A DNA stretch of 64,000 nt from Vulcanimicrobiales bacterium (GTDB lineage Bacteria; Vulcanimicrobiota; Vulcanimicrobiia; Vulcanimicrobiales; Vulcanimicrobiaceae). The DNA lies in NCBI GenBank assembly GCA_038215615.1, contig JBBQQR010000008.1, positions 15,946 through 79,945 of the forward strand. The letters run 5' to 3'. Positions 9,897-18,485 of this stretch are shown in pieces (position 1 is the first letter of the stretch; the number at the start of each line of letters is the position of its first letter). A program made the position numbers and the translations under genes. The notes under the pieces were generated by a model, which did no database searches, had not been told where the DNA came from, and saw nothing but the letters and a program-made list of their open reading frames with translations.

Positions 9897-11086
9897 GAGA
9901 ACCGCACGCCGCCGCGGAAGACCGCCGCGGCCAAATTGCCTCCAAATTGAAATCCGAACTCGTCGGGCGATCCCAGTGTCAGCGCCACGAAGTCCGCGGG
10001 CTGTCCGACGCGAATGCGCCCCGCCTCTGCCCGCAGCGATTTAGCTGCCGCAAGCGTCATTCCGTACAGCGCTTCAGCTGCGCTTAAACCGTAGAGCCTG
10101 CGGCCATAGTTCGCGACCGTTTGCAAATTAAAACACGGCGAGGTTCCGGGATTGTAATCGCTAGCCAGGGCAACGGATCCGCCACGCACGAGAATCTCGC
10201 GCACCGGGCATGGCGGGAGCCCGAGATATACGGTCGTAGCGGGACACGCGACGGTCACGATACGGGCGGCAACGAGCGCTTCGATGTCGTCTTTGCGGAC
10301 GAAATTGCAATGGTCGACGGTGTCGGCTCCGGCCTGCACTGCCGCCGCTGCCGCCCCGCTGTAAGACAGCTCGTCGCAATGTGCGCGCAGCCCGAGATCG
10401 TGCGAGCGCGCAGCCGTGAGGTAGATCTGCGTTTGCGCAGGCGAAAAGAAACCGGGCTCGCAAAACACATCCGCGTATACCGCACCGTGTGCCCGGGCTT
10501 CCGGCAACACTTCCCCGATTAAGTAGTCGGTATACGCGTCCGCGTCGGGAAATTCGGACGGCACGGCATGTGCACCCAAGAACGTTGCGATCAGGTGCGG
10601 CAATCCGGGCTGATCTTTGTGCGCATCGATCAGGTCGAGCATGTGCAGTTCGCCGGCCTTCGTCAACGCGTAACCGGTTTTCACTTCGGCCGTCGTTGTG
10701 CCGTGCGCGAGCATTAATCTCAGACGGCCTTCGACCGTGCTCCAAAATGCGGCCGGGTCCAAAAGCGCCTCGCGCGTCCTTTGCACCGTGTGCAGCATCG
10801 TTTCGCCGGGTTCGCGCATCCCGGCAAAGAGCGGGTGCGTATGCGCATCGACAAATCCGGGCACGACCACGCAATCGGGCAAGTCGAATGACTGCGTGCG
10901 CCCCTCGACCTGCGCAACTGCGTCGCGCTGCTCGGGATCCTTCGACAAGCTCAGGATGACACCGCGAGCGTCGTCGATCAGAATTGAGCCGTCGCGAATC
11001 AGCCCCAGTTGTTCGAAAGTGATTCCGTTTTGTGGCGCGTCCGTATCGCAGGTAACGATCGCCCCCGCGCGGACTAAAAGCGCCAA
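9893..11086 (-). CDS. hutI: Imidazolonepropionase
   Basis: [27 protein letters not shown] and ASDYNPG motifs; adjacent to hutU. Confidence 0.9.
   Translation of the reverse strand: MALLVRAGAIVTCDTDAPQNGITFEQLGLIRDGSILIDDARGVILSLSKDPEQRDAVAQVEGRTQSFDLPDCVVVPGFVDAHTHPLFAGMREPGETMLHTVQRTREALLDPAAFWSTVEGRLRLMLAHGTTTAEVKTGYALTKAGELHMLDLIDAHKDQPGLPHLIATFLGAHAVPSEFPDADAYTDYLIGEVLPEARAHGAVYADVFCEPGFFSPAQTQIYLTAARSHDLGLRAHCDELSYSGAAAAAVQAGADTVDHCNFVRKDDIEALVAARIVTVACPATTVYLGLPPCPVREILVRGGSVALASDYNPGTSPCFNLQTVANYGRRLYGLSAAEALYGMTLAAAKSLRAEAGRIRVGQPADFVALTLGSPDEFGFQFGGNLAAAVFRGGVRFS
10898..10963 (-). repeat. Composite palindromic (REP-like) element lying in frame in hutI
   Basis: Minus strand GGTGTCATCCTGAGCTTGTCGAAGGAT-CCCGAGCAGCGCGACGCAGTTGCGCAGGTCGAGGGGCGC; 48/66 identical to 27592..27657 by hand alignment. 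Confidence 0.85.
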
Positions 11087-12726
11087 TCGATGCCTTTTGC
11101 GTCGGCCGTTTCGATCGCGGACTCATATCCGGCGTCGGCATGACGCACGACGCCGAGTCCCGGATCCGTCGTCAGCACGCACTGCAGGCGGTCGCGCGCG
11201 TCGTCGGTTCCGTCGGCGACGACGACCATGCCCGCGTGCAAACTGTAGCCGATTCCGACTCCGCCGCCGTGATGAAACGAAACCCAGTGCGCGCCCGCAG
11301 CCGTGTTCAGCAACGCGTTGAGAATGGGCCAATCCGCAATTGCGTCGCTGCCGTCGCGCATTGCTTCGGTTTCGCGATAGGGCGAAGCGACGCTACCCGC
11401 GTCCAAGTGGTCGCGGCCGATCACGATCGGCGCCCGCAGCTCGCCGGAACGCACGAGTTCGTTGAAACGGACGCCGGCGGTCGCGCGCTCGCCGTACGCC
11501 AGCCAGCAAATTCGCGCCGGCAGACCTTGGAAGGCGACGCGATCGCGCGCGAGCGTAATCCACCGCCGCAGCGCTTCATCTTCCGGGAAAAGCCGCAGCA
11601 ACTCTTCGTCGCAGCGCGCAATGTCTAGCGCGTCGCCCGAAAGCGCCGCAAACCGGAACGGTCCGCTTCCGCGACAGAAAAGCGGCCGGATAAAAGCCGG
11701 GACAAAGCCGGGGAAATCAAACGCGCGCTCGACGCCGGCGCGCTGTGCCATCGCGCGCAGATTGTTGCCGTAATCGAAAACGACTGCGCCGTCTCTCTGG
11801 AAACCGAGCATTGCCCGGACGTGATCGGCGACCGTCGCAAACGCCCGCTTCTCATATTCTTTTGCATCGCGCGCACGAAGCTCGGCTGCTTCTTCAACCG
11901 AAAGGCCGGCTGGAATATAAGCCCCGATCATGTCGTGGGCGGGAGTCTGATCGGTAACGACGTCCGGCTGCAAGCCCTCCGCCAGCAGTGCGGGAAACTC
12001 CGAGCCCGCATTTCCGGCGTAGCCGATCGACACGGCGCGGCCTTCGCGCCGCGCGGCTTCAATTTCGCGAAGCGCTTGCGCCCGCGACGCGACCACGCGA
12101 TCGAGATACTTTAGTACGCGCCGGCGTTCGAGCCGCTGCGGGTCGACGTCCACGATCAGCGCGATGCCTTCGTTCATCGTAATCGCCAGCGGCTGCGCGC
12201 CGCCCATGCCGCCGGCGCCGGCGGTCAAACAGACGCGTCCACGAAGACTACCGCCGAAATGCCTGCGCGCAAGCTCGGCAAACGTCTCGTAGGTGCCTTG
12301 CACGATGCCTTGCGAGCCGATGTACATCCAAGAGCCCGCCGTCATTTGGCCGTACATCGTTAACCCTTGCGCCTCGAGCTCGCGGAAGGTTTGGAGATCG
12401 GCCCACTTCGGCACGATGTTGGCATTGGCGATCAGAACGCGCGGAGCGCGCGCATGCGTCTTGAAGATCGCGACCGCTTTGCCGCTTTGCACCAGCAGCG
12501 TCTCGTCGTTTGCCAAGCGCTTGAGCGCGCGCACGATCTCTTCGAAGGCTTCCCACGAACGCGCCGCGCGGCCGTTGCCGCCATAAACGATCAGTTCCTC
12601 CGGCCGTTCGGCAACGTCGGGATCGAGATTGTTCATGAGCATGCGCAGCGCGGCTTCCTGCGGCCAAGCTTTGCAAGAAAGCTCCGATCCCCGCGGTGCG
12701 CGCACGGTTCGCGAAAACGTCTTCAC
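11074..12726 (-). CDS. hutU: Urocanate hydratase
   Basis: [26 protein letters not shown] and HHGGGVG motifs; preferred GTG at 12726 has GGAG upstream (alternative start 12744). Confidence 0.97.
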   Translation of the reverse strand: MKTFSRTVRAPRGSELSCKAWPQEAALRMLMNNLDPDVAERPEELIVYGGNGRAARSWEAFEEIVRALKRLANDETLLVQSGKAVAIFKTHARAPRVLIANANIVPKWADLQTFRELEAQGLTMYGQMTAGSWMYIGSQGIVQGTYETFAELARRHFGGSLRGRVCLTAGAGGMGGAQPLAITMNEGIALIVDVDPQRLERRRVLKYLDRVVASRAQALREIEAARREGRAVSIGYAGNAGSEFPALLAEGLQPDVVTDQTPAHDMIGAYIPAGLSVEEAAELRARDAKEYEKRAFATVADHVRAMLGFQRDGAVVFDYGNNLRAMAQRAGVERAFDFPGFVPAFIRPLFCRGSGPFRFAALSGDALDIARCDEELLRLFPEDEALRRWITLARDRVAFQGLPARICWLAYGERATAGVRFNELVRSGELRAPIVIGRDHLDAGSVASPYRETEAMRDGSDAIADWPILNALLNTAAGAHWVSFHHGGGVGIGYSLHAGMVVVADGTDDARDRLQCVLTTDPGLGVVRHADAGYESAIETADAKGIDWRF

Positions 12727-12827
12727 GTTGACCGTGGCTCCCACAGCTCGATGCGATTACATTCATTGAGCGCTTCCGGGTCCTTGGCCGTAAAGAATAT
12801 TCCGCCGACTCCAGCGATGCGTTTCAT
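12723..12827 (-). pseudogene. Internally deleted VOC/glyoxalase-family remnant (34 aa)
   Basis: MKRIAGVGGIFFTAKDPEAL (VOC-like N-terminus) fused to NRIELWEP (VOC-like C-terminus); ATG overlaps hutH stop, TGA overlaps hutU GTG. Confidence 0.75.
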
Positions 12828-14359
12828 TTTGTAGCGGCATTTTCGGCAGCGTTCACGATTTCGCCGCTCGCGATCAACGCGCGGGCAGCGGTGATGTCGG
12901 GAGCGGGAGAGCGGTCCTCGCGCCATGCCGTGATGCTCTTGCGTGCCGCGTCGTACGCGGCTTGCGTGCCAACCCCAGAACGCAGCGGACGCCGGAAATC
13001 CGTGGCCGCGAGCGCTGCAAGCAACTCGCAGGCCAGCGACCCTTCGACGTTGTCGAGAACTCGGTCGAGATTGAGCGCCGCGGTCATGCCCATGCTGACG
13101 TGGTCTTCTTGCCCGGCCGACGTCGGAATCGAATCGACGCTGTTCGGCCACGCCAATCCCTTGTTCTCCGAAACGAGCGCAGCCGACGTGTACTGCACGA
13201 TCATCAGACCCGACTGTAATCCCGAGCGGCCCGTGAGGAAAAGCGGCAAGCCGCGCTCTTCGGCATTCAGTAACAGGTAGAGCCGGCGCTCGCTGATCGA
13301 GGCCAATTCTGCAAGAGCAATCTTCAGCACGTCGCAGGCGAGGGCCACCGGTTGGCCGTGGAAGTTTCCGCCGCTCAGGAATTCACCGTCGTCAGGAAAG
13401 ACCAAAGGATTATCGGTAACGGAAATCGCTTCCGTTTCGATCGCGGTACGCGCGTAGGCGGAAGCATCACGCACGGCGCCGTGCACGACCGGGATGCAGC
13501 GGTACGAGTACGGATCTTGAACGCGGCCGCATTCGCGATGCGATTCGATGATCTCCGAGCCGCGCAGAAGGGTCCGCAAGTGCTCGGCCACGGCCGCCTG
13601 TCCGGGATGGGGACGCAGCGCGTTGATGCGGCGGTCGAAGACGCGATCCGTACCGAGAAACGCTTCAAGCGACATCGCGCCGATAACGTCGGCGGCGTCC
13701 AATAAGGATTCGGCGCGCAACAGCGAGAGCGCGGCGATGCCCGTCATCGCTTCGGTGCCGTTGACCAGCGAAAGTCCCTCTTTTGGAGCGAGTTTTATCG
13801 GATTTAGGCCAGCGAGCTGCAGAGCTCGCGCGCTCGGCATCTTCTCACCGCCGAAATACGCCTCGCCTTCGCCTATGAGCGTCAGCGTCATGTGTGCGAG
13901 CGGAGCGAGATCGCCGCTGGCTCCAACTGAACCTTGCGACGGCACGTAAGGCGTAACTCCGCGGTTGAGCAGCGCTGCCAAAAGATCGAGCGTCTCTTCG
14001 CGGATGCCTGAATGGCCCGCGGCAAGCGAACTCACGCGCAACACCCCGGCGGCGCGCACGAAGCGATCCGAAAGTGGCAGCCCCGTGCCGGCCGCGTGGC
14101 TGCGTACTAAGTTCAGCTGCAATTGCTCGGCGTCGGCGCGCGCGATCGGAACCTGGGCCAGGCGCCCGAAACCGGTCGTGACGCCATAGATCGCTTCGCC
14201 CTGCGCTATTTTTTCGTCGACCAGGCTACGGGCGGCCGCAACCCGGCGCCGCGCACCGGACGAGATCGCCACCTGCGCCCCGTTAACGGCAACCGCGTGA
14301 ATCGCTTCGAGGGGCAGGTGCCGCCCGTCGAGTTCGACGGGCGGAGGAACGGACTCCAT
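12824..14359 (-). CDS. hutH: Histidine ammonia-lyase
   Basis: YGVTTGFG, MIO-forming GSVGASGDLAPLAH, QDPYSYRC, GGNFHG and QEDHVSMG motifs. Confidence 0.97.
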   Translation of the reverse strand: MESVPPPVELDGRHLPLEAIHAVAVNGAQVAISSGARRRVAAARSLVDEKIAQGEAIYGVTTGFGRLAQVPIARADAEQLQLNLVRSHAAGTGLPLSDRFVRAAGVLRVSSLAAGHSGIREETLDLLAALLNRGVTPYVPSQGSVGASGDLAPLAHMTLTLIGEGEAYFGGEKMPSARALQLAGLNPIKLAPKEGLSLVNGTEAMTGIAALSLLRAESLLDAADVIGAMSLEAFLGTDRVFDRRINALRPHPGQAAVAEHLRTLLRGSEIIESHRECGRVQDPYSYRCIPVVHGAVRDASAYARTAIETEAISVTDNPLVFPDDGEFLSGGNFHGQPVALACDVLKIALAELASISERRLYLLLNAEERGLPLFLTGRSGLQSGLMIVQYTSAALVSENKGLAWPNSVDSIPTSAGQEDHVSMGMTAALNLDRVLDNVEGSLACELLAALAATDFRRPLRSGVGTQAAYDAARKSITAWREDRSPAPDITAARALIASGEIVNAAENAATK

Positions 14360-14363
14360 GACG

Positions 14364-14900
14364 TTACGGTTTTTGGTTGACCATGAGGTGCGCGTAAGGC
14401 GTGCCGGCCCACATGATCCAGGTCCCCGAGTCTTTCGGAACCGTAGCGAGACCGCTGGCCGCCGTTACGGGCCACATCACCATCCAGTGCGGCGGCTCGT
14501 GAATCGGGTTTCCCTTGGTGGCCCAGGGGTTGCTCGCGCTCCAATCAGTGCCGCCCGCCAGCATGTAGATGATTCCGGGCTTCGCGTTGGCCGGATGCCT
14601 CTTGTGCGCCATCCACGAGCCGACCCATTGCATGCCGGCCGCGTCCGCGCAAAACGGGTCGCCGCCGACGGCACCGGGGTGACCTACGAAACAGGTGAAC
14701 CCGTTCCCGCCCTGTTTTAGAACCGTCACCTTGCCGGTGGCGTCGCTCACGTCAATGAAAGTCGCGACAGCGGCGACTGCCGGAGGTGCGGCGGTCTTTC
14801 CGCGCGCTATTTTCGCTTGGAGCGATTCGGCGGCTTGTACCTGAAGGACAGCCAGTGCCCAAACGGCGGCGACCGCCGCCATCACACGATATATTTTCAC
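14364..14900 (-). CDS. Conserved-looking secreted hypothetical protein
   Basis: AGGAG SD before GTG; signal peptide; GNGFTC, YMLAGG and GTPYAHLM motifs. Confidence 0.75.
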   Translation of the reverse strand: MKIYRVMAAVAAVWALAVLQVQAAESLQAKIARGKTAAPPAVAAVATFIDVSDATGKVTVLKQGGNGFTCFVGHPGAVGGDPFCADAAGMQWVGSWMAHKRHPANAKPGIIYMLAGGTDWSASNPWATKGNPIHEPPHWMVMWPVTAASGLATVPKDSGTWIMWAGTPYAHLMVNQKP

Positions 14901-14916
14901 TTATGCTCCTTGTGGC

Positions 14917-15423
14917 TTACAGAAGGCCCCAATTGGGTTTGCGCGAGACCGCGAAGGGCGGTCCGGATTCGATGACGATCGTTTCATGGTTTTGCAGCGG
15001 GATACGTTTGGGATCTCGCGTCCACACGCGGCCATTCACGAGGAATCGCAGGCTCGTGCCTCGGCCCGCGCTAAGCCCGCCGGCTTGCGAGCGGCTCAAG
15101 TTCACCGCCCAAATATCAAAGAACTGACCCAGCGTAAAGAGTTGATTCACGGGCGATTCGATATGAATCATGCCGTTGTTGGAATGCGTGTGCATCCAGT
15201 ATAGGCAGCCGGCGCCGATCGGAATCCCGATATTCGAAGGGACCGTCTTCTTTCGGCCGCGGTCGTACATTTGGAGGTTGGCATGGATGTGCAGCGCGGC
15301 GCCTTCTCCGGATTCGCAGCGAATGCCGTCGACGGGAAGGCCGCCCAGCATGCTCTGTGCGCGGCCCGAAACCGTAAGTAATACCAGCATTAGCGCGAGG
15401 CTAACCGTGGAACGTCTGTGCAT
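14917..15423 (-). CDS. Secreted His-motif hypothetical protein (possible metal binding)
   Basis: Signal peptide from ATG 15423; HIH, CLYWMHTH and GMIHIES motifs. Confidence 0.75.
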   Translation of the reverse strand: MHRRSTVSLALMLVLLTVSGRAQSMLGGLPVDGIRCESGEGAALHIHANLQMYDRGRKKTVPSNIGIPIGAGCLYWMHTHSNNGMIHIESPVNQLFTLGQFFDIWAVNLSRSQAGGLSAGRGTSLRFLVNGRVWTRDPKRIPLQNHETIVIESGPPFAVSRKPNWGLL

Positions 15424-15469
15424 AACTAAACTTTGTTGTGGAAACGTTGTGAGTACATCGAGCAGCCTA

Positions 15470-15499
15470 TTGCATACGACTTTTGAGCCGTGATACCAT
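15470..15499 (+). promoter_or_regulatory. Sigma70-type promoter for candidate ncRNA
   Basis: TTGCAT-18 bp-TACCAT with extended -10 TG; no long plus-strand ORF follows. Confidence 0.55.
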
Positions 15500-15501
15500 C
15501 C

Positions 15502-15705
15502 ATTCACTTCGATAAAACGGAGGGCGATGAACGTATCGGTCGCGACTGGAACATGTTGACGAAGGCCGGGATGACCGGCAATCTGAGTGACTCAGTTAAA
15601 CCGCCGGGTACGGCGTCAGTGGGGCTCCGTCACGGGAGTCAAACAGGCGAAGACCGGTGAGTGAATACGTCGGGGCCCCGGAGAAATCTGGGGCTTCGTC
15701 ATTTT
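15502..15705 (+). ncRNA. Candidate structured ncRNA of ~200 nt (6S RNA-like or undescribed)
   Basis: Non-coding gap with promoter and terminator; end pairing ATTCACT/AGTGAAT, ATCGGTC/GACCGGT, TTGAC/GTCAA; four internal hairpins. Confidence 0.55.
15671..15705 (+). terminator. Intrinsic terminator-like hairpin
   Basis: 12-bp stem CGGGGCCCCGGA-GAAA-TCTGGGGCTTCG whose mismatches are G-U only on the plus strand; short T run follows; abuts WYL stop. Confidence 0.7.
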
Positions 15706-16685
15706 CCGCCGTACATTCCGGCGATCTCACCGGCCAGTTCGGCAATGCGATCGCGCGCGAGCGCCGGAGATACGATTTCGGCTTGGGCGCCCCAACTCAA
15801 GACCCACCGCGCCAGCTCGTCAACATCGGCCACGCTGTACGTTATCTCGACCGGCCCGTCGCCGTCTTGGGAAACGGCGCGATCCGCGACGATGCGCGCC
15901 GCGATTGCGGCCTTCGCTACCCGCGGAGCGAAGCGCACGCGAACGTCGGTCGTTTCATCGCTGTGAAGCACCCCGCTGATCGAGCTGGCTGCAAACGCCT
16001 CGACATTGAACGAAGCCGGCTTCACGAACGTCTGCGCGGTCACCTTAAGGTCCGAGATGCTGTCGACGGCAAAGGTGCGCTTGTCTTTGCGGGCGCGATC
16101 GTAGGCGACACAGTAGACGCGCCCCGCGCTCACGATGAAGCCATAGGGGTCGGCCTGCCGCTTCGAGCGGACGCCTTCCTTATCGCGGTAGGTGAAGCGG
16201 ACGCTGCGCGAGCTGCGCTCCGCCGACGATAGCAGTCCGAAGATACGTTCGCCTTGTTCGTCGAGCCTGATCTCGCTGAGTCTAAATGTCATGGACGAAG
16301 GCGTTTCGAGTCGCTCTTTTACGCCCGTGCCGGTCGAGCCCACGATTTTTGCGGTGACTTCGTCCACGTAGGAGCCGATCGTGCCGCCCAGCGTCGCGCC
16401 GATCGAGCGCAGCGCCACCAGCCCGAAGAGTTCGTTGCTGTTCAGCTCGAGCCGTTTGAGGCTATAGCCGCCCGCGAAGCGGTAGACGTTGGCCGCGCGA
16501 TCGCAGTACCACGGAAACCCCGCTTCGGCCAAGATGGCGAGATAGCGCCGAAGGCTGCGCGTGCTGGGACGCCGCTCGCCTTCCGCGATACGGTCTTTCA
16601 GATCCTCAAATGAAAAACGCCCCTCATCGATAGCGTTGAGGAGCCGCACGAGCAAAACGGTTTTCGGCTCACTAGGCCGTTCCAC
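15699..16685 (-). CDS. HTH-WYL-WCX transcriptional regulator (PafB/PafC/YafY-like)
   Basis: N-terminal HTH (STRSLRRYLAIL), WYL core (DPYG..YCVAYD..RTF.VDSI), C-terminal WVLSWGAQAEIVSP. Confidence 0.9.
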   Translation of the reverse strand: MERPSEPKTVLLVRLLNAIDEGRFSFEDLKDRIAEGERRPSTRSLRRYLAILAEAGFPWYCDRAANVYRFAGGYSLKRLELNSNELFGLVALRSIGATLGGTIGSYVDEVTAKIVGSTGTGVKERLETPSSMTFRLSEIRLDEQGERIFGLLSSAERSSRSVRFTYRDKEGVRSKRQADPYGFIVSAGRVYCVAYDRARKDKRTFAVDSISDLKVTAQTFVKPASFNVEAFAASSISGVLHSDETTDVRVRFAPRVAKAAIAARIVADRAVSQDGDGPVEITYSVADVDELARWVLSWGAQAEIVSPALARDRIAELAGEIAGMYGGK

Positions 16686-16716
16686 GTCTTCATTGTGCCA
16701 TTTTTCTGGCGCTCTG

Positions 16717-18375
16717 TCAGCGGGCGGTCGGCTCGGGTAGCGGCGAAGCCTGCGGCGGCGGCGATGATTGCGGCGAGGCCTGCGGCTTCGGGAAACAGCC
16801 GTTCGGCGCCGTGATGGGCGGCGGGTTTGGCGACGGCGGCGCCGCCGTCAAGCCGACCTCGAGCGGATAGAACGAGCCGCCGTCCGTCATGGTCTGGATC
16901 TGAATCGAACTCGCACCCGGTGGCGTCTGTATCGCGTCACCGATCTGATAATGCTCGGCGGCCCGCGCGCATTGTATCTCGATTGCTCGAGTCGCGCCAA
17001 AGGCGGTTACCAGGAAATTGCTGCGCACCGGGCCGCCCATCGGCTGCTCGTAGAGATAAAGTGCCGCAGTCCGCCCGGTCGGATTCGTGACGGAGAAATT
17101 CAGCGTGCGCCAGACGCCGTACTCGCCGAAGTCACGGCCATCAGGCGGTTCGAGGGTCGGCGGACTGTGCAAACCGTAGTCGAGCGAAACGTCGTCGCCG
17201 CCGACCCGGTACGCAAGCGTGTCCCGGGCGTATCCGTCGATATTGAAGACGCCCGTACGGTGATGGCCGTCGCCCGGAAGCTTTGGTTGCGTCAATAATC
17301 CCGGAATCGCAGAGTCCGGCGTATTCTGCGCGACGGCCAGAACCGTCACGTCGAGCGCGCCGCCGGAAAGAATGCGCACGTCGATATTGCCGGCGACTCC
17401 GTTTAGAGGCTGCATCGCAAATCTCTGTGCGATATAGGGAGATTCCGGGGCGACCGTGATAACGAGCCCCTCGTTGATCGGCTTGCGGCTCAGGAAGTCG
17501 CGCGTGACTGCGTGACCGACCTGCATGACGTCGATGTTCGGGCCGGCCGACGCATCGATCAGCTGCACGGTCGATGCGCCGGAAGGCGCTGAAAACACGA
17601 CGGCCAGGTCGCGCGGCTGCGCGTTGTCGTCGTGGTAATAGTAGAGCCGCGCCGGCGTTGCGGGGTCGATATGCCCGCGATAGAGCACGCCTTCCATCCT
17701 TATGTGCTCGGGATCGTCGTCGTAGAAAAGGACGGGCGCCGCAAACGTTTGCGCGGCCACGTTCTGAAGGTTGACGTTGACGAGCCCACTCATGGGATAG
17801 TAGTTATCGCTGCCCGCCACTTGCACCTGAGCGTCAAACGCGCCGATGCTTCCGGGCGCGAGTGCGGCCGGAAGATTGAAACTCGTTTGCGCTTGGACTC
17901 CGGGCTGCAACTGTACGTTGCGCAGTATCGACCGCTGTACCGTCTGCTGCAGCCACGATAGATCGACGGGATTTCCCGTGTACTGTACCGACAGTGTTTG
18001 CGAAAGAAGTTTGGCCGCATCGACGGCCACGCGGACCGGAATCAAAATGCGCTGCGCACTTCCATCGGAAATCGTGAGCACGCCGCGGCCGAGCGTTTGC
18101 CCGGCGGTTAGCGTAACGACGTGCGCGTTTTGGTCGATGTTCCAGGTGATGATCGGATTATCGATCGACACGCCGATCGACCCCAGCGAATTAGCAACCG
18201 CTACCGGAAGCACGCCGCCCGGATATAAGTGGTCGGCCGCAAACGGCTGCGCGCTCAACTGCGCCGAGGGAGCCTGCGAAGCGATTGGCGAGGGTGACGA
18301 GGTCGGCGATGGTACCGGCGAAGGCGGCACTTGCAGCAATGCCGCAAGCAAGCTCGCTACGAGTGTCTGCACCAT
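16717..18375 (-). CDS. Secreted hypothetical protein with Pro/Ser-rich termini
   Basis: 552-aa ORF with hydrophobic leader and beta-rich body; co-oriented between clpC and WYL. Confidence 0.75.
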   Translation of the reverse strand: MVQTLVASLLAALLQVPPSPVPSPTSSPSPIASQAPSAQLSAQPFAADHLYPGGVLPVAVANSLGSIGVSIDNPIITWNIDQNAHVVTLTAGQTLGRGVLTISDGSAQRILIPVRVAVDAAKLLSQTLSVQYTGNPVDLSWLQQTVQRSILRNVQLQPGVQAQTSFNLPAALAPGSIGAFDAQVQVAGSDNYYPMSGLVNVNLQNVAAQTFAAPVLFYDDDPEHIRMEGVLYRGHIDPATPARLYYYHDDNAQPRDLAVVFSAPSGASTVQLIDASAGPNIDVMQVGHAVTRDFLSRKPINEGLVITVAPESPYIAQRFAMQPLNGVAGNIDVRILSGGALDVTVLAVAQNTPDSAIPGLLTQPKLPGDGHHRTGVFNIDGYARDTLAYRVGGDDVSLDYGLHSPPTLEPPDGRDFGEYGVWRTLNFSVTNPTGRTAALYLYEQPMGGPVRSNFLVTAFGATRAIEIQCARAAEHYQIGDAIQTPPGASSIQIQTMTDGGSFYPLEVGLTAAPPSPNPPPITAPNGCFPKPQASPQSSPPPQASPLPEPTAR

Positions 18376-18485
18376 ATCCTAGAAACGCTAGGAAACACGA
18401 TCGTATCGCACGATGCTGTACAGCGCGCGATAGGTTTCGCCTGCCGGCACGGAAGCGGTTAAGCCGAGGAAAAGCGCAAGCGCGG

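Noticed and set aside
15527..15559. 10-codon ORF MNVSVATGTC after GGAGGG inside the candidate ncRNA
   Set aside because: Too short, SD spacing is tight and there is no other support; it cannot be excluded as a peptide.
15583..15620. Resemblance of the candidate RNA to hammerhead, NiCo, yybP or tRNA motifs
   Set aside because: Core consensus elements are not matched (no CUGANGA/GAAA pair, no T-loop or CCA), and there is no downstream gene to regulate.
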